A DNA stretch of 64,000 nt from an uncultured Blastocatellaceae bacterium (GCA_964548225.1 CAZJQP010000005.1:20453-84452), one strand, 5' to 3'. Shown: positions 36,110 through 46,258, counted from the first letter of the stretch. Translations and numbers: made by a program. Notes: generated from the letters alone by a model not told the origin.

Positions 36110-36145
36110 GTTCAGAGTTACGCATAAATGCAGAACTCTGAACGG
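36110..36145. repeat. REP-like element copy C (GTTCAGAGTTACGC-ATAAATGCA-GAACTCTGAAC) between truB and the downstream hydrolase gene
   Basis: Left arm identical to copy A; right arm AACTCTGAAC. Confidence 0.65.
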
Positions 36146-36150
36146 GAATT

Positions 36151-37149
36151 ATGAAAAAGAAACATTTAGCTTTAGGAGTTGGCGGCGCGATTGGCGCGAT
36201 TGTGGCTTGGAAATTTTTGACTCGTGCCGGCGGCGTGAGTTGGGACGATGTTGCCGATAAAATTCATCACGCAGAACATTCAAAATTTACCGAAATTGAC
36301 GGCGCGACCGTTCATTTTCAAGAATTCGGCGATAGAAACAATCCAACGCTTTTGCTGATTCACGGTTACACGGCTTCGACTTACGTTTGGCATTCGGTTG
36401 CGCCGACGTTTGCCGAAAATGGTTTTCACGTCATCGCGGTTGATTTAATTGGTTTCGGTTATTCAGATAAACCTGCGTGGTTTGACTACAAAATCACTTC
36501 GCAAGCACGGATGGTTTCGCGTTTGATGGACAGACTCGGCATCGGCACGGCGACGATTGTCGGCAGTTCTTACGGCGGCGCGGTTTCGGCAACTTTGGCT
36601 TTGGATTATCCCGAACGAGTCGAAAAATTGATTTTGGTTGATGCGGCTTGCAACGATGAACCGTTAAATCATCCGATCTTAAAACTCGCCGCGTTGCCCG
36701 GCATTGGTGAATTAGCCACACCTTTTCTTGTTGATTCCAAAGCGTTTTTGAAATTTCGTATGAAAGGCACACTTGCGGAAGCGAATCATCATTTGATTAC
36801 GAAAGAGCGCATAGAATCGGTGATTCGCCCGTTATCTGCGGCAGACGCGCATCATTCGGTTTTGGAAACTTCGCGCAATTGGGACGCAAACCGCATTGAA
36901 GAAGACGCATATTTGATAAATCATCCAACACTAATAATCTGGGGCGAAAACGACACCGTGATCCCGATTCACAACGGCGAAACTCTCTACAATTCAATCA
37001 TCCATTCGCGCTTCGTCGTCCTAAAAAACTGCGGACACGTCCCGCAAGAAGAAAAACCCGAACTTTTCGCCGAAATCGTTACCGAATTCTGCCGCGACAA
37101 AAAAAGCAGAGTCGAAAACGAAAGCGAAGAGATTTTGGAAAATAGATGA
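36151..37149 (+). CDS. Alpha/beta-hydrolase fold protein with an N-terminal TM anchor
   Basis: LLLIHGYTAS (HG oxyanion), nucleophile elbow VGSSYGG, C-terminal catalytic His (NCGHVPQEE). Confidence 0.75.
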   Translation: MKKKHLALGVGGAIGAIVAWKFLTRAGGVSWDDVADKIHHAEHSKFTEIDGATVHFQEFGDRNNPTLLLIHGYTASTYVWHSVAPTFAENGFHVIAVDLIGFGYSDKPAWFDYKITSQARMVSRLMDRLGIGTATIVGSSYGGAVSATLALDYPERVEKLILVDAACNDEPLNHPILKLAALPGIGELATPFLVDSKAFLKFRMKGTLAEANHHLITKERIESVIRPLSAADAHHSVLETSRNWDANRIEEDAYLINHPTLIIWGENDTVIPIHNGETLYNSIIHSRFVVLKNCGHVPQEEKPELFAEIVTEFCRDKKSRVENESEEILENR

Positions 37150-37625
37150 ATTATATCCAAATCTTAAACTATATTTCTTTCGGATTTGCATTTATTGTTG
37201 GAGGAATTGCATTTGCTAGTTCTGATTATTTGTGGAAAAAATCTTTCTTTAGCAAATGTCTTATAGCTTCAATTATTTCGGGAGTTTTTGGGTTAATTTT
37301 TGAGTTTACTAATCTATTTCAATTCAAGACAGGCTTAACTGCCGTTGTTATGTTAAGCCCTTTGATTGAATTGGGATATTTTCAATTTTTTCGATGGATT
37401 TTTAAGAAATGGAATGGGACTGAACCTTACATCACTTCAGTTTCAAGCGTAGTTGGCGCAATTCCACTTGATATAGATGATAAAGACGGAAAAAAAAGAA
37501 AATATCCGAAAGACAGAAAGATTATGGCTTCGGATTTTGCATTTACTTTTCTTTATGGGTTAGGGGCAATTTTCACAATTCTCTTTCTTCTCTTTTTTGT
37601 ATTTGAAGTTCAAAACAAACCTTAA
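37146..37625 (+). CDS. Small polytopic membrane protein, hypothetical; markedly AT-rich relative to its flanks
   Basis: 3-4 predicted TM helices. GC appears to be about one third by eye. Confidence 0.45.
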   Translation: MNYIQILNYISFGFAFIVGGIAFASSDYLWKKSFFSKCLIASIISGVFGLIFEFTNLFQFKTGLTAVVMLSPLIELGYFQFFRWIFKKWNGTEPYITSVSSVVGAIPLDIDDKDGKKRKYPKDRKIMASDFAFTFLYGLGAIFTILFLLFFVFEVQNKP

Positions 37626-38269
37626 AAATAACGATAATGTCCAAGTATTTTCCATTCAAATAGTCGGTCTTCTTCGTTTGTTCCGCCGCCGATATTGTGG
37701 ATAATTGAGAATCTTTTTGTTTTTTCGTTCCATTGGTTTGAAACAATGCCGATGTGCGTCATTCCTTTGCCATTCAAATCCCAAGCGACGATGTCGCCGG
37801 GTTTGTAATCTTTGGCTTTTTCGGTGATTGGCAGAGATTTTCCTTTGCGCGTGAAGAAAGTTTGCAGATTTAAGACGCGGCGATGGTCAATGTTCGGGTC
37901 GGTTTTGTCCATTCCCCATTTTGTCGGGTAGAGCGCAAAGTTTGCCTTCATATCTTCATGAACTTCTTTTTGTAAATCAATTCCAACATTGCGAAAAGCA
38001 CGGATTATTACGTCTGTGCAAGCTCCGGTTTCGATTGGCACGTCGCCGTTCGGATACGGAATTACGAAATAATCTTGCGTGTAATTTCTCGTAACTTTTA
38101 TCTGCTCATTTGCGCTTTCAAGAAGTTTTTTTATTTCCGGCGAAATATTTTCAGGCAGTTTTGTATTTTTTTCGGTCTCTGTGTGTCTTATTTGATTAAG
38201 AACTGACGCATTTGATTGACAACCGAAAGCCAAAAACGAAATTGTGATTAAAAGAGAGGCGAATTTCAT
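37622..38269 (-). CDS. Lipoprotein, DUF1287-like
   Basis: AFGC lipobox. GACTDVIIRAFRNVG...PGDIVAWDL...HIGIVSN resembles DUF1287. Confidence 0.5.
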   Translation of the reverse strand: MKFASLLITISFLAFGCQSNASVLNQIRHTETEKNTKLPENISPEIKKLLESANEQIKVTRNYTQDYFVIPYPNGDVPIETGACTDVIIRAFRNVGIDLQKEVHEDMKANFALYPTKWGMDKTDPNIDHRRVLNLQTFFTRKGKSLPITEKAKDYKPGDIVAWDLNGKGMTHIGIVSNQWNEKTKRFSIIHNIGGGTNEEDRLFEWKILGHYRYF

Positions 38270-38669
38270 ACATCAATAGACGGCGATTCCTTTGTTTTGT
38301 TGCAAAAGTTGGCAAATTTTTCAATCAATAAAGAGTTTTTTGATAACGAAAAGTTCTTTTTGCTATATGTTCGGTTGACGTTTTTGTGAAAAAACCTGTA
38401 TTTTAGTAACACATCTGAAGGCTTTTCGCCTGTTACAAGGATTAAATCATAAATCGCATAAATTTTCGTTAATTTCAAAACTTTTTTTTGATGACCTTTT
38501 TTTGCACCAAATATCGTTTATCAAAATGAGAACGAATATTTCGGCAGAAAAGACTGCATTCGGCACACGAAAAAGTGTGGTAATAAAACGATTCTTCAGT
38601 CGGTTCAAATATATTTATACGTTTTCCTAAATAAAAATTAATTTCTAAAGAAGGAGCTTTTACCGAAAA

Positions 38670-39590
38670 ATGAAAAAATTTCTGATTTTAACCGCAATCG
38701 CCACAGTTTCGGCGTTTGCATTTTTGACAGTTCAACACACGACCGAAGCGGAAGTCATAATTTCCGACGCTGAAGAAATGAACAGCCGTGTAACGATTTC
38801 CAAAGGCGAAAGAATGTGCGGAACAGACCACAACGGACAACGCATCGAATCGGCTGAACGCGATTTTCAATACCGTCTGAAAACCGCCGACGGCACAACA
38901 ACTTCGAGTGTTACGGGCGGCACCATTAACGTCTATTTCCACGTTATCCGCAGCGGCACAAGCGCATCGCAAGGTAATCTTTCAAGCACCGCAATCGCCA
39001 ATCAAATGACCGTTTTGCGTAATGCTTTTTCACCTTGGGGATGGAATTTCAACCTTGTTTCAACCGATTATACAACCAATTCAACTTGGTATAACGGTTG
39101 TTATGGTTCGAGCGAAACCACAATGAAAAATGCTTTGCGGCAAGGCACGGCAGATGATTTGAATATTTACACCTGCAATCCTTCGGGCGGAATTTTAGGT
39201 TATGCGACGTTTCCGTCGAGTTATACGAGCGCACCGAAAAAAGACGGCGTAGTTTTGCTTTATTCAAGTCTGCCGGGCGGAACAGCCGCGCCTTATAATC
39301 TTGGCGACACAGGCACGCACGAAGTCGGACATTGGATGGGCTTGTATCACACATTCCAGGGCGGATGCGCGGCAAGCACAACGAACGGCGGCGATTATGT
39401 TGCCGATACACCGGCGGAAAAATCAGCTGCTTTCGGTTGCCCGACCGGACGCAACACTTGCTCTTCAGCTGGCAACGACCCGATTACAAACTTTATGGAT
39501 TACACGGACGATTCTTGTATGTTCCAATTTACAACCGGACAAGATACGAGAATGGATTCGCAATTTACTACTTATCGTTATAATCGCTAA
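38670..39590 (+). CDS. Secreted zinc metalloprotease, peptidase family M43 (pappalysin/ulilysin-like metzincin)
   Basis: Signal peptide. [13 protein letters not shown] (HExxHxxGxxH) metzincin motif typical of M43. Confidence 0.85.
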   Translation: MKKFLILTAIATVSAFAFLTVQHTTEAEVIISDAEEMNSRVTISKGERMCGTDHNGQRIESAERDFQYRLKTADGTTTSSVTGGTINVYFHVIRSGTSASQGNLSSTAIANQMTVLRNAFSPWGWNFNLVSTDYTTNSTWYNGCYGSSETTMKNALRQGTADDLNIYTCNPSGGILGYATFPSSYTSAPKKDGVVLLYSSLPGGTAAPYNLGDTGTHEVGHWMGLYHTFQGGCAASTTNGGDYVADTPAEKSAAFGCPTGRNTCSSAGNDPITNFMDYTDDSCMFQFTTGQDTRMDSQFTTYRYNR

Positions 39591-39598
39591 CGCAATTT

Positions 39599-39673
39599 GA
39601 TGGACAAAGAATAAGGGACGAGTGAGTAAAAGACAAATTTTACTTATCCCTCGTCCCTTATTTCTTGTCCATC
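39599..39673. terminator. Long hairpin (about 24-bp stem TGATGGACAAAGAATAAGGGACGAG / CTCGTCCCTTATTTCTTGTCCATCA) between the convergent M43 protease and esterase genes
   Basis: Read directly. The loop holds a nested GTAAAAG/CTTTTAC hairpin. Confidence 0.55.
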
Positions 39674-39682
39674 ATCCCTTAA

Positions 39683-40351
39683 TCACCTTCCGCCAAACCA
39701 AACTTTTATATCTTCGCGCATTTCTTCAGTAATTTCGTGCTTTGCTTCATAGCCTTTTGAAGTGAAAATATTCAGACGCTTCTTCAGTTTTTCCTTAAAC
39801 ATTTCGTATTTTTCGAGCGGATAAAATTCGTCGTCCGTCGAATAAAGATAAAAAACATCGGCGGGAAGATGTTTATAGATTTCGTTTGTTTCCAAATCTC
39901 CCGGAATTCCACCGCAAACACCGATAATGCCGCGCAAAAGCGATGGAAACGTAAAAGCAAAACGAAAGTTCAAAGCGCAGGCTTGCGAAAATCCGAAAAG
40001 ATAAAGTCTTTCCATATCAATCACATTTTCGCTTCGCAAATTTTCAATGATTTCCAAAATAAAATTGTGGTGCAAGGGAATTGATTCGTCCGGTTTGTAA
40101 TCGGTCAGCCAGCCGAAACCGATTTTATAACCGCTGTCTGTCGGGCGAAAATGCTGATGCGGAGCTTGAATTGAAACAACAACGAAATTTTCAGGCGCAA
40201 CCGCTCGCGCTTCGCGCATCATATAGCGTTTATGTGCGCCATAACCGTGAACGGCAATTAAAAGCGGCGCAGGTTTTTCTAAATTTTCAGGAATGTATAA
40301 GTCGTAGTAAAGTTTTATTTCGGCTTTCAAAAATAAATCAGTTTGCAACAT
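39683..40351 (-). CDS. Phospholipase/carboxylesterase-type alpha/beta hydrolase
   Basis: PLLIAVHGYGAH, nucleophile elbow GFSQAC (GxSxG), Asp and His later. Confidence 0.7.
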   Translation of the reverse strand: MLQTDLFLKAEIKLYYDLYIPENLEKPAPLLIAVHGYGAHKRYMMREARAVAPENFVVVSIQAPHQHFRPTDSGYKIGFGWLTDYKPDESIPLHHNFILEIIENLRSENVIDMERLYLFGFSQACALNFRFAFTFPSLLRGIIGVCGGIPGDLETNEIYKHLPADVFYLYSTDDEFYPLEKYEMFKEKLKKRLNIFTSKGYEAKHEITEEMREDIKVWFGGR

Positions 40352-40524
40352 AAATCTAAGAGAACTTAACCAAGATTATTGTAAAGTAAATTCGTAAATT
40401 TTACATTTTTCCAGCCTTTTTTAGTTTTACTGCTTCCGAAATCAGAACAAAGAGCCGTAACGAATTGTCTGGTGCGGGGCATTTCCCAATTCGCTACTGT
40501 TCTTTGTTCCGATTTTCTTCAGCT

Positions 40525-41316
40525 TTAAATATCGCTGGTCAAAATAAAATTCCAATCCTTCGGTTTCATTCGATGCGATAAAATCGCGGCAGTAGAGGAA
40601 ACCGGAAAATGATTTTTGAGTAATTTGTCCAAGTCAGTTTCGGCTTCGGCACAAATCATATAAGTTCCTTTTTCTAAAGGCTTTTCCGCACCGTTCGCCG
40701 CCATTGCGCCGTGTTGAATATGAAAAAGCGGCAGACGTTCGCCCGTGCTTTTCATAATCAAATCTTTTTTGCCTTCGAGCGAAAGATAAGAAATTTTTCC
40801 GAGATGTGTTTGTAAATTTTCGTGAATTTGTGTGGCTTGAATTTCGTCAAAACTATAAAAATTAATTTGTCCGGCATAGTCAATCGGAACTTGCGGCAGA
40901 CGCTGTATCAACTTTACGACCGCGTTTTTACCGTTTGTCGGATTCATCGAAATCGCATAACCACGCGAACATTTCAGATAATTTCGCGCCAGATTTTTCA
41001 TAAAAAGTTTGACAGTAATGTGTTGACCTTGAAATTCGGGATGAATTTTCAAATCGCACAGATACCAAACTTTAAAAATTTCGTTGCCAACGCGCAAAGT
41101 CCGTAAAATTCCCGCCGCGCAAGCAACAACCCGATTGTCTTCCATTGCAACGTGAAAAACAGGCAAACCTAACCGCTCGAAAAATGCGAAATAATTCGCA
41201 CCGTGATTTAATTTAAAAAAATCGTCGCCGTAAGGATATTCCGTTGCGCCTTCAAGTTCTTGAAGGCGTGCGCTGAATTCTTTAAAGTCTTTTGTTCTTA
41301 ACGGTTTAATTTCCAT
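40525..41316 (-). CDS. Hypothetical protein, possibly a GNAT-fold acyltransferase
   Basis: VVACAAG...YLCDLKIHPEFQGQ resembles a GNAT core. Weak. Confidence 0.4.
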   Translation of the reverse strand: MEIKPLRTKDFKEFSARLQELEGATEYPYGDDFFKLNHGANYFAFFERLGLPVFHVAMEDNRVVACAAGILRTLRVGNEIFKVWYLCDLKIHPEFQGQHITVKLFMKNLARNYLKCSRGYAISMNPTNGKNAVVKLIQRLPQVPIDYAGQINFYSFDEIQATQIHENLQTHLGKISYLSLEGKKDLIMKSTGERLPLFHIQHGAMAANGAEKPLEKGTYMICAEAETDLDKLLKNHFPVSSTAAILSHRMKPKDWNFILTSDI

Positions 41317-41359
41317 TTACGGAATATAATCTGTGGCTTGCCGATTTTTTATTTTTTTA

Positions 41360-41426
41360 CCTGCGAAACACGAGAAAGACGCTAAAAAATTCAATAAATT
41401 TTCGCGTCTTTCTCGTGTTTCGCAGG
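41360..41426. terminator. Perfect 23-bp stem hairpin (CCTGCGAAACACGAGAAAGACGC-21 nt loop-GCGTCTTTCTCGTGTTTCGCAGG) flanked by T/A runs, between the S46 peptidase gene and the next gene
   Basis: Read directly. Plus-strand T-run after the stem. Its role as the minus-strand terminator is ambiguous. Confidence 0.45.
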
Positions 41427-41434
41427 CATTTTTT

Positions 41435-43504
41435 TTATTTTCCGGTTAATTCTTTCGTCAAATCGCCTGCGTCGTAGAGTTTTCGCAAGGCTTCAAGAAT
41501 TCCCGCGCTGTGAACGCCGATTGCCCGCGAGCCTTCGTTTTCTTCGATATACCAATAGCGATTAGAAAGTTTTTGAATGTTGCTGTCGAAATTGATGCCG
41601 ACAAATTCGGCTTTGCGGTTGACTATTGGCGAGCCGCTCATTCCGCCGATAGTGTCTGCCGAATACGGAAAATTAAAGGGCGTTGCCAAATTTAATTTAT
41701 TTCTTCCGTCGCGCCAGCGGGCAGGCAAATCGAACGGCGATTTTTCACCGAAACTTTCGGCACGGTCATACAAACCGTAAAACGTCGTTTTATATGGCAC
41801 AAGCGTCGTATCTTCTTCATAGCCGTGAACTTTCCCGAAAGCCATCCGCAGATTGAAATTCGCGTCCGGCGAAATTGTTCTGCCATAGACGGCAAAACGT
41901 GCATTAGCAATTTTCGCGCCTGCGCTCGTTTCAACCGAAACGATTTTTTCTTCGTTCCAAGCACGAAGTTCGCGGATTATCGGTTCGACTCTTTTGGCAA
42001 GCAAAATCATCGGGTCGTTTGATTTTGCAATTGCGTCCGCGCCGCCATCAAGCAGCAATTTTCTTTCTGCAACGTCCTTCAATTTTGTTTCATTTATAGC
42101 ACGTTTAACGACTTCCGCAGGTTCAGCATCGCCAATTGCGGCTTTGATAAACGGATCGTTTGCGCCAAGAGTTTTACGAGCTTCTTCAAGCCAGGCGGTC
42201 AACAAAACTTCTTCCATTTCCGCGTAAATCGGTGCGGGCGAAAGCAAATTTGCCTTAAAACCTTCAAGCCGTGCATCACTGAATTCGGGATAACGCTCTC
42301 CGCTCGGTTTTTTGATTTCTTCACTGTAACGCACAAGCAATGAAGCAATTGAAGCCATACGCGACGGCGAAAGCGTCGAAAAAGAACGACGTTTTGCCAT
42401 CATTGGCAAATCTGCGTAAATTTTTTCGATTTGCGCCCAAGCCGGCAAATATTCTTTCTCAAGCGCGGGATTTTTCGCTAATCCTTGTTTCAAATCTTGC
42501 TCTTCTTTTTCCTTACGCGCAAACATTCGCGGGTTGGTCAAACCTTCTTGTTGTCCTGTCAAACGCTTGAGCGAATTGTTCAGCGAACGAATCGCGCCGT
42601 TTGATTGACGGTCTTGTTCTGCGCCGCGTTTTGCATAATTTTGAAGCGCGAAAAGTTGTGTTTCCCAAATCTTTTTCTGCAAAGGATTTCCTGTGTCGCG
42701 CTGATATTTGAGTTGTGCGACGGTCAGAAGCCGCGCCGTCGAGCCGGGATTTCCCGAAGCGATAACAAATTCACCGTCCATCGGTCCGGTTTCCGACCAT
42801 TTCAAGAAGTTCGGTGTTTTCGCCGGAACGCCGTTTTCGTAAGCGCGAAGAAAAGTTATGTCCAAGTTATAACGCGGATAGGTGAAATTATCGTAATCGC
42901 CGCCAAAAAAAGCGATTTGCTCTTCGGGCGCAAAAACGAGTCGAATGTCCGTGTATTTTTTGAAACGATAAAGCCAATATTCGCCGCCGTTATAAAGCGA
43001 AATAACATCGCTTTTCAAACCTGTTTTTTCGATTGATTCTTTTTCAATCGCCGAAATTGCGGCGCGGCGTTGCGTGTTTGCGTCTTTATCGCTTGCACCC
43101 GATTTGACGGCTGATTGCACACGCTCGGTAACATTTTCAAACGACATCAAAATATTCGCTTCCATATCGGGCGTTTTCAATTCTTCCGCCTGAGTTTTTG
43201 CATAAAAGCCGTCTTTTATCAAGTCACGCTCTTTTGTCGAAAGTTTCGCAATCTGCCCGCTGGCAACGTGATGATTGGTGATAATCAAACCGTCCGCCGA
43301 AACAAAGCTACCCGAACCACCTTCAAGCCGCACGGACGCAAGCCGCAGTCGGTCAAGCCATTCTTGTGACGGCTCAAAATTGTAACGCTCTTTCCATTGT
43401 TTCAAAGGCGGATTATCAAATGTCCACATTCCTTCGTCTGCAAGCGTCGGAAAAGCGTTAATTAAAAAACTTAAAATCAATAAAAAGACAGATATTTTTT
43501 TCAT
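41435..43504 (-). CDS. Secreted S46 family serine peptidase (dipeptidyl-peptidase 7/11-like)
   Basis: Signal peptide. DEGMWTFDNPP, catalytic His region GLIITNHHVA, catalytic Ser GGMSGSPIVN. Confidence 0.85.
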   Translation of the reverse strand: MKKISVFLLILSFLINAFPTLADEGMWTFDNPPLKQWKERYNFEPSQEWLDRLRLASVRLEGGSGSFVSADGLIITNHHVASGQIAKLSTKERDLIKDGFYAKTQAEELKTPDMEANILMSFENVTERVQSAVKSGASDKDANTQRRAAISAIEKESIEKTGLKSDVISLYNGGEYWLYRFKKYTDIRLVFAPEEQIAFFGGDYDNFTYPRYNLDITFLRAYENGVPAKTPNFLKWSETGPMDGEFVIASGNPGSTARLLTVAQLKYQRDTGNPLQKKIWETQLFALQNYAKRGAEQDRQSNGAIRSLNNSLKRLTGQQEGLTNPRMFARKEKEEQDLKQGLAKNPALEKEYLPAWAQIEKIYADLPMMAKRRSFSTLSPSRMASIASLLVRYSEEIKKPSGERYPEFSDARLEGFKANLLSPAPIYAEMEEVLLTAWLEEARKTLGANDPFIKAAIGDAEPAEVVKRAINETKLKDVAERKLLLDGGADAIAKSNDPMILLAKRVEPIIRELRAWNEEKIVSVETSAGAKIANARFAVYGRTISPDANFNLRMAFGKVHGYEEDTTLVPYKTTFYGLYDRAESFGEKSPFDLPARWRDGRNKLNLATPFNFPYSADTIGGMSGSPIVNRKAEFVGINFDSNIQKLSNRYWYIEENEGSRAIGVHSAGILEALRKLYDAGDLTKELTGK

Positions 43505-43507
43505 AAT

Positions 43508-44668
43508 TTATTTCAAAACTCCTTTGATTTTTTCCATCGCGCCTTCTAAAATCTCGTCTTCGCGGGCGATGCAGATTCGCATAAATGCGTCCCAATCGTC
43601 CGAATCGGCAAACGCACTGCCGGGTGTTGCGCCGACTCCGGCTTTTTCCATCAGCATTTCGTTAAATTTCAGTGCATCGTCAAATTCTTCGGGAATTCGC
43701 GCCCAGATATAAAATGCCGAGCCGGAATCATAAATTTTAAATCCCAAATCTTTGAGATTTTCGCTGACAAAACGGCGTTTTCCTTCAAATTTTTCGCGCA
43801 GATTTCCGTAATAATTATCGTCCGCCATCAAGACTTTTGATAACGCCGCTTGCAAAGGAGTTGCCGGACAAACATTAACGATATTTGCAACCGTGTTTAT
43901 CGGCGCAACGAGATTTCCTGCGCCGTAAGCATAACCCAACCGCCAGCCCGAAATGTTCCAAGATTTTGAAAACGAATTGACCGTTACGGTGCGTTCCCAC
44001 ATATCAGGCAAAGACGCAATCGGAATATGCGGATTTTCTCCATAGACATAATGTTCATAAACTTCGTCGGATATGACCATCAAATCCAATTCTTTCGCTA
44101 CGTCCGCAATCGCTTCGAGTTCGGTTTGCGTCATCACTTTGCCGGACGGATTCGCGGGCGTGCAAACGATAATTGCTTTAAGCGGAAATTCAGCACGGTC
44201 TTTTAATTTTTTGCATTTTTGAAATAGCGCATCTTTTTCAAACGTCAATCCAGCGTCCAATTCAAAAGTCTCAGTTTTACTGCCGAATTCTTCCAAAATC
44301 TTGCGATGATACGGATAATAAGGCTCGAAAACTAATGCGGATTTGCCGCGTAAAAAAGAATGCGCGATGCCGACGAGTGCGCCCGTTCCGCCGTTTGTAA
44401 TCATTATTTCAAGCGGATTTGCTTCGACATCAACCTCAATTGAGTTATACTTTTTAATCTTTTCCGCAACGGCTTTCCGCAAATTTGCATCGCCCTCAGA
44501 ACCGCCGTAATGATTCTGACTGGCGGCGATAATTTCAGCCGCGTGGCGAGCCAATTCAGGATTTATCGGAAGTTCCGATTGACCTTGCACAAGATTGCCG
44601 CTTGGCGGCACAAGGCGCGTAATCGCGCGTATATCAGGTTTGATTTTTTTCGGTTTTGCTTCTGTCAT
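43508..44668 (-). CDS. Class I/II PLP-dependent aminotransferase
   Basis: NPSGKV motif, SFSKSWNISGWRLGYA (PLP-lysine region), overall aminotransferase I/II layout. Confidence 0.85.
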   Translation of the reverse strand: MTEAKPKKIKPDIRAITRLVPPSGNLVQGQSELPINPELARHAAEIIAASQNHYGGSEGDANLRKAVAEKIKKYNSIEVDVEANPLEIMITNGGTGALVGIAHSFLRGKSALVFEPYYPYHRKILEEFGSKTETFELDAGLTFEKDALFQKCKKLKDRAEFPLKAIIVCTPANPSGKVMTQTELEAIADVAKELDLMVISDEVYEHYVYGENPHIPIASLPDMWERTVTVNSFSKSWNISGWRLGYAYGAGNLVAPINTVANIVNVCPATPLQAALSKVLMADDNYYGNLREKFEGKRRFVSENLKDLGFKIYDSGSAFYIWARIPEEFDDALKFNEMLMEKAGVGATPGSAFADSDDWDAFMRICIAREDEILEGAMEKIKGVLK

Positions 44669-44754
44669 AAATTATAAAAATAGCAGTTTTGCGGGAAAAT
44701 TTAAACGCAAAGACGCATTTGGTTTCAGTGGAGTTTAACAAAAGGAGCTTAACC

Positions 44755-44843
44755 TATCACTTTTCACCTATCACCTATCACTTATTCCGAAAAGTAAAGC
44801 AATTTCTTCCGAAATAAGTGATAGGTGATAGGTGAAAAGTGAT
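44755..44843. promoter_or_regulatory. Perfect 32-bp-arm inverted repeat (TATCACTTTTCACCTATCACCTATCACTTATT ... AATAAGTGATAGGTGATAGGTGAAAAGTGATA) with a 25-nt loop in the divergent aminotransferase/P450 intergenic region
   Basis: Read directly. The arm itself is built from CTATCAC/TTTTCAC sub-repeats. Confidence 0.55.
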
Positions 44844-44873
44844 ATTTGCGCGTTTCGAGAAACGCGCAAATAT
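44842..44873. promoter_or_regulatory. Second perfect palindrome ATATTTGCGCGTTTC-GAG-AAACGCGCAAATAT immediately adjacent to the large inverted repeat
   Basis: Read directly. 14-bp stem. Confidence 0.5.
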
Positions 44874-44914
44874 TTCTGAAGACTTTGCGTAAAAAAATCT
44901 GCTAAAATTGCTTT

Positions 44915-46258
44915 ATGAAACCGCAACCGCAAAATTCACCGCCGACAATTCCGACTGATTGGATTGGCGGGCATTTTCGTTCATTCCGCAAAGCTCCAAC
45001 CGAATTCTTGACAAAAATGTCGAAACTCGGCGATGTTTCGACATTTCGAATCGGTAAAATTCCCGTTTTTTTGATAAATCATCCCGATTTAATCCGCGAT
45101 TTGTTGGTTACAAATCACAGCAAATTTGTTAAAGGTCGCGCTCTGCAACGCGCTAAATCTTTGCTTGGCGAAGGGCTTTTGACGAGCGAAAAAGAGTTTC
45201 ACCTGCGCCAAAGACGAATGATTCAGCCCGCGTTTCACCGCGCAAGAATCAACGAATACGCCAAAGCGATGATTGAGTTCGGAGAAAAAATGTCGGGCGA
45301 ATGGCGTGATGGCGATACGCGGGATATTGATAAAGAAATGATGCGCCTGACGCTTTGGATTGTCGGCAAAACCTTGTTCAGCGCAAACGTCGAAGACGAA
45401 GCGGACGAAGTTGGCACGGCGATGACAACGATTGTTTCGGCGTTTAATTTCATACTTTTACCGTTTTCCGAATACTTGGAAAAATTACCGCTTCCGCCGC
45501 TTAGAAAACTTCAAAAAGCGCGTCAGACACTTGATGAAGTGATTTATAAAATCATTAATGAACGCCGAAAATCGAGTGAGGACAAAGGTGATTTGCTTTC
45601 GATGCTTTTGCTCGCACAAGACGAAGAAACCGGCAATGCGATGACCGACAAACAAGTCCGTGATGAAGCCTTGACGCTATTTTTAGCCGGACACGAAACA
45701 ACTGCAAACGCTTTGGCTTGGACGTTTTATCTGCTTTCTCAAAATCCCGAAGCTGAAAAGAAATTTCACGCCGAACTTGATGAAATTTTAGGCGATAAAC
45801 CAATCACGCCCGAAGATTACGGCAAACTGAAATTCACCGAATCGGTCTTGGCAGAATCATTGCGTCTTTTTCCTCCTGCGTGGACGGTTGGGCGGCTGGC
45901 AACCGAAGAACACGAATTTAACGGCTATAAAATCGCACCGAAATCGCTCGTTCTTGCTTCACAATTCGTGATTCACCACGATTCAAGATTTTGGGAAAAT
46001 CCCGAAAGTTTTCAACCCGAAAGATGGGAAAAACTCTCCATCAAAGAAGCCGGTAACAAGTTTATTTATTTTCCGTTCAGCAAAGGCATTCGCAACTGCA
46101 TTGGTGAAAATTTCGCGTGGATGGAAGGCGTTTTATTGTTGGCAATTTTGGGCAGAAATTGGCGATTAAACTTAATGCCCGAACAAAAAATCGCGCTTCA
46201 ACCAATGATTACTTTGCGCCCGAAATATGGAATGAAGATGCGGATTGAAAAAAGATAA
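44915..46258 (+). CDS. Cytochrome P450
   Basis: Heme-binding FPFSKGIRNCIGENFA (FxxGxRxCxG), ESLR (ExxR), AGHETT I-helix motif. Confidence 0.9.
   Translation: MKPQPQNSPPTIPTDWIGGHFRSFRKAPTEFLTKMSKLGDVSTFRIGKIPVFLINHPDLIRDLLVTNHSKFVKGRALQRAKSLLGEGLLTSEKEFHLRQRRMIQPAFHRARINEYAKAMIEFGEKMSGEWRDGDTRDIDKEMMRLTLWIVGKTLFSANVEDEADEVGTAMTTIVSAFNFILLPFSEYLEKLPLPPLRKLQKARQTLDEVIYKIINERRKSSEDKGDLLSMLLLAQDEETGNAMTDKQVRDEALTLFLAGHETTANALAWTFYLLSQNPEAEKKFHAELDEILGDKPITPEDYGKLKFTESVLAESLRLFPPAWTVGRLATEEHEFNGYKIAPKSLVLASQFVIHHDSRFWENPESFQPERWEKLSIKEAGNKFIYFPFSKGIRNCIGENFAWMEGVLLLAILGRNWRLNLMPEQKIALQPMITLRPKYGMKMRIEKR

Noticed and set aside
38270-38669. 400-bp apparently empty region upstream of the M43 protease gene, and the 70-aa ORF 38266-38478
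   Set aside because: The small ORF overlaps the DUF1287 gene start and has no RBS. The region looks like an ordinary AT-rich promoter region with no clear repeats or RNA structure.
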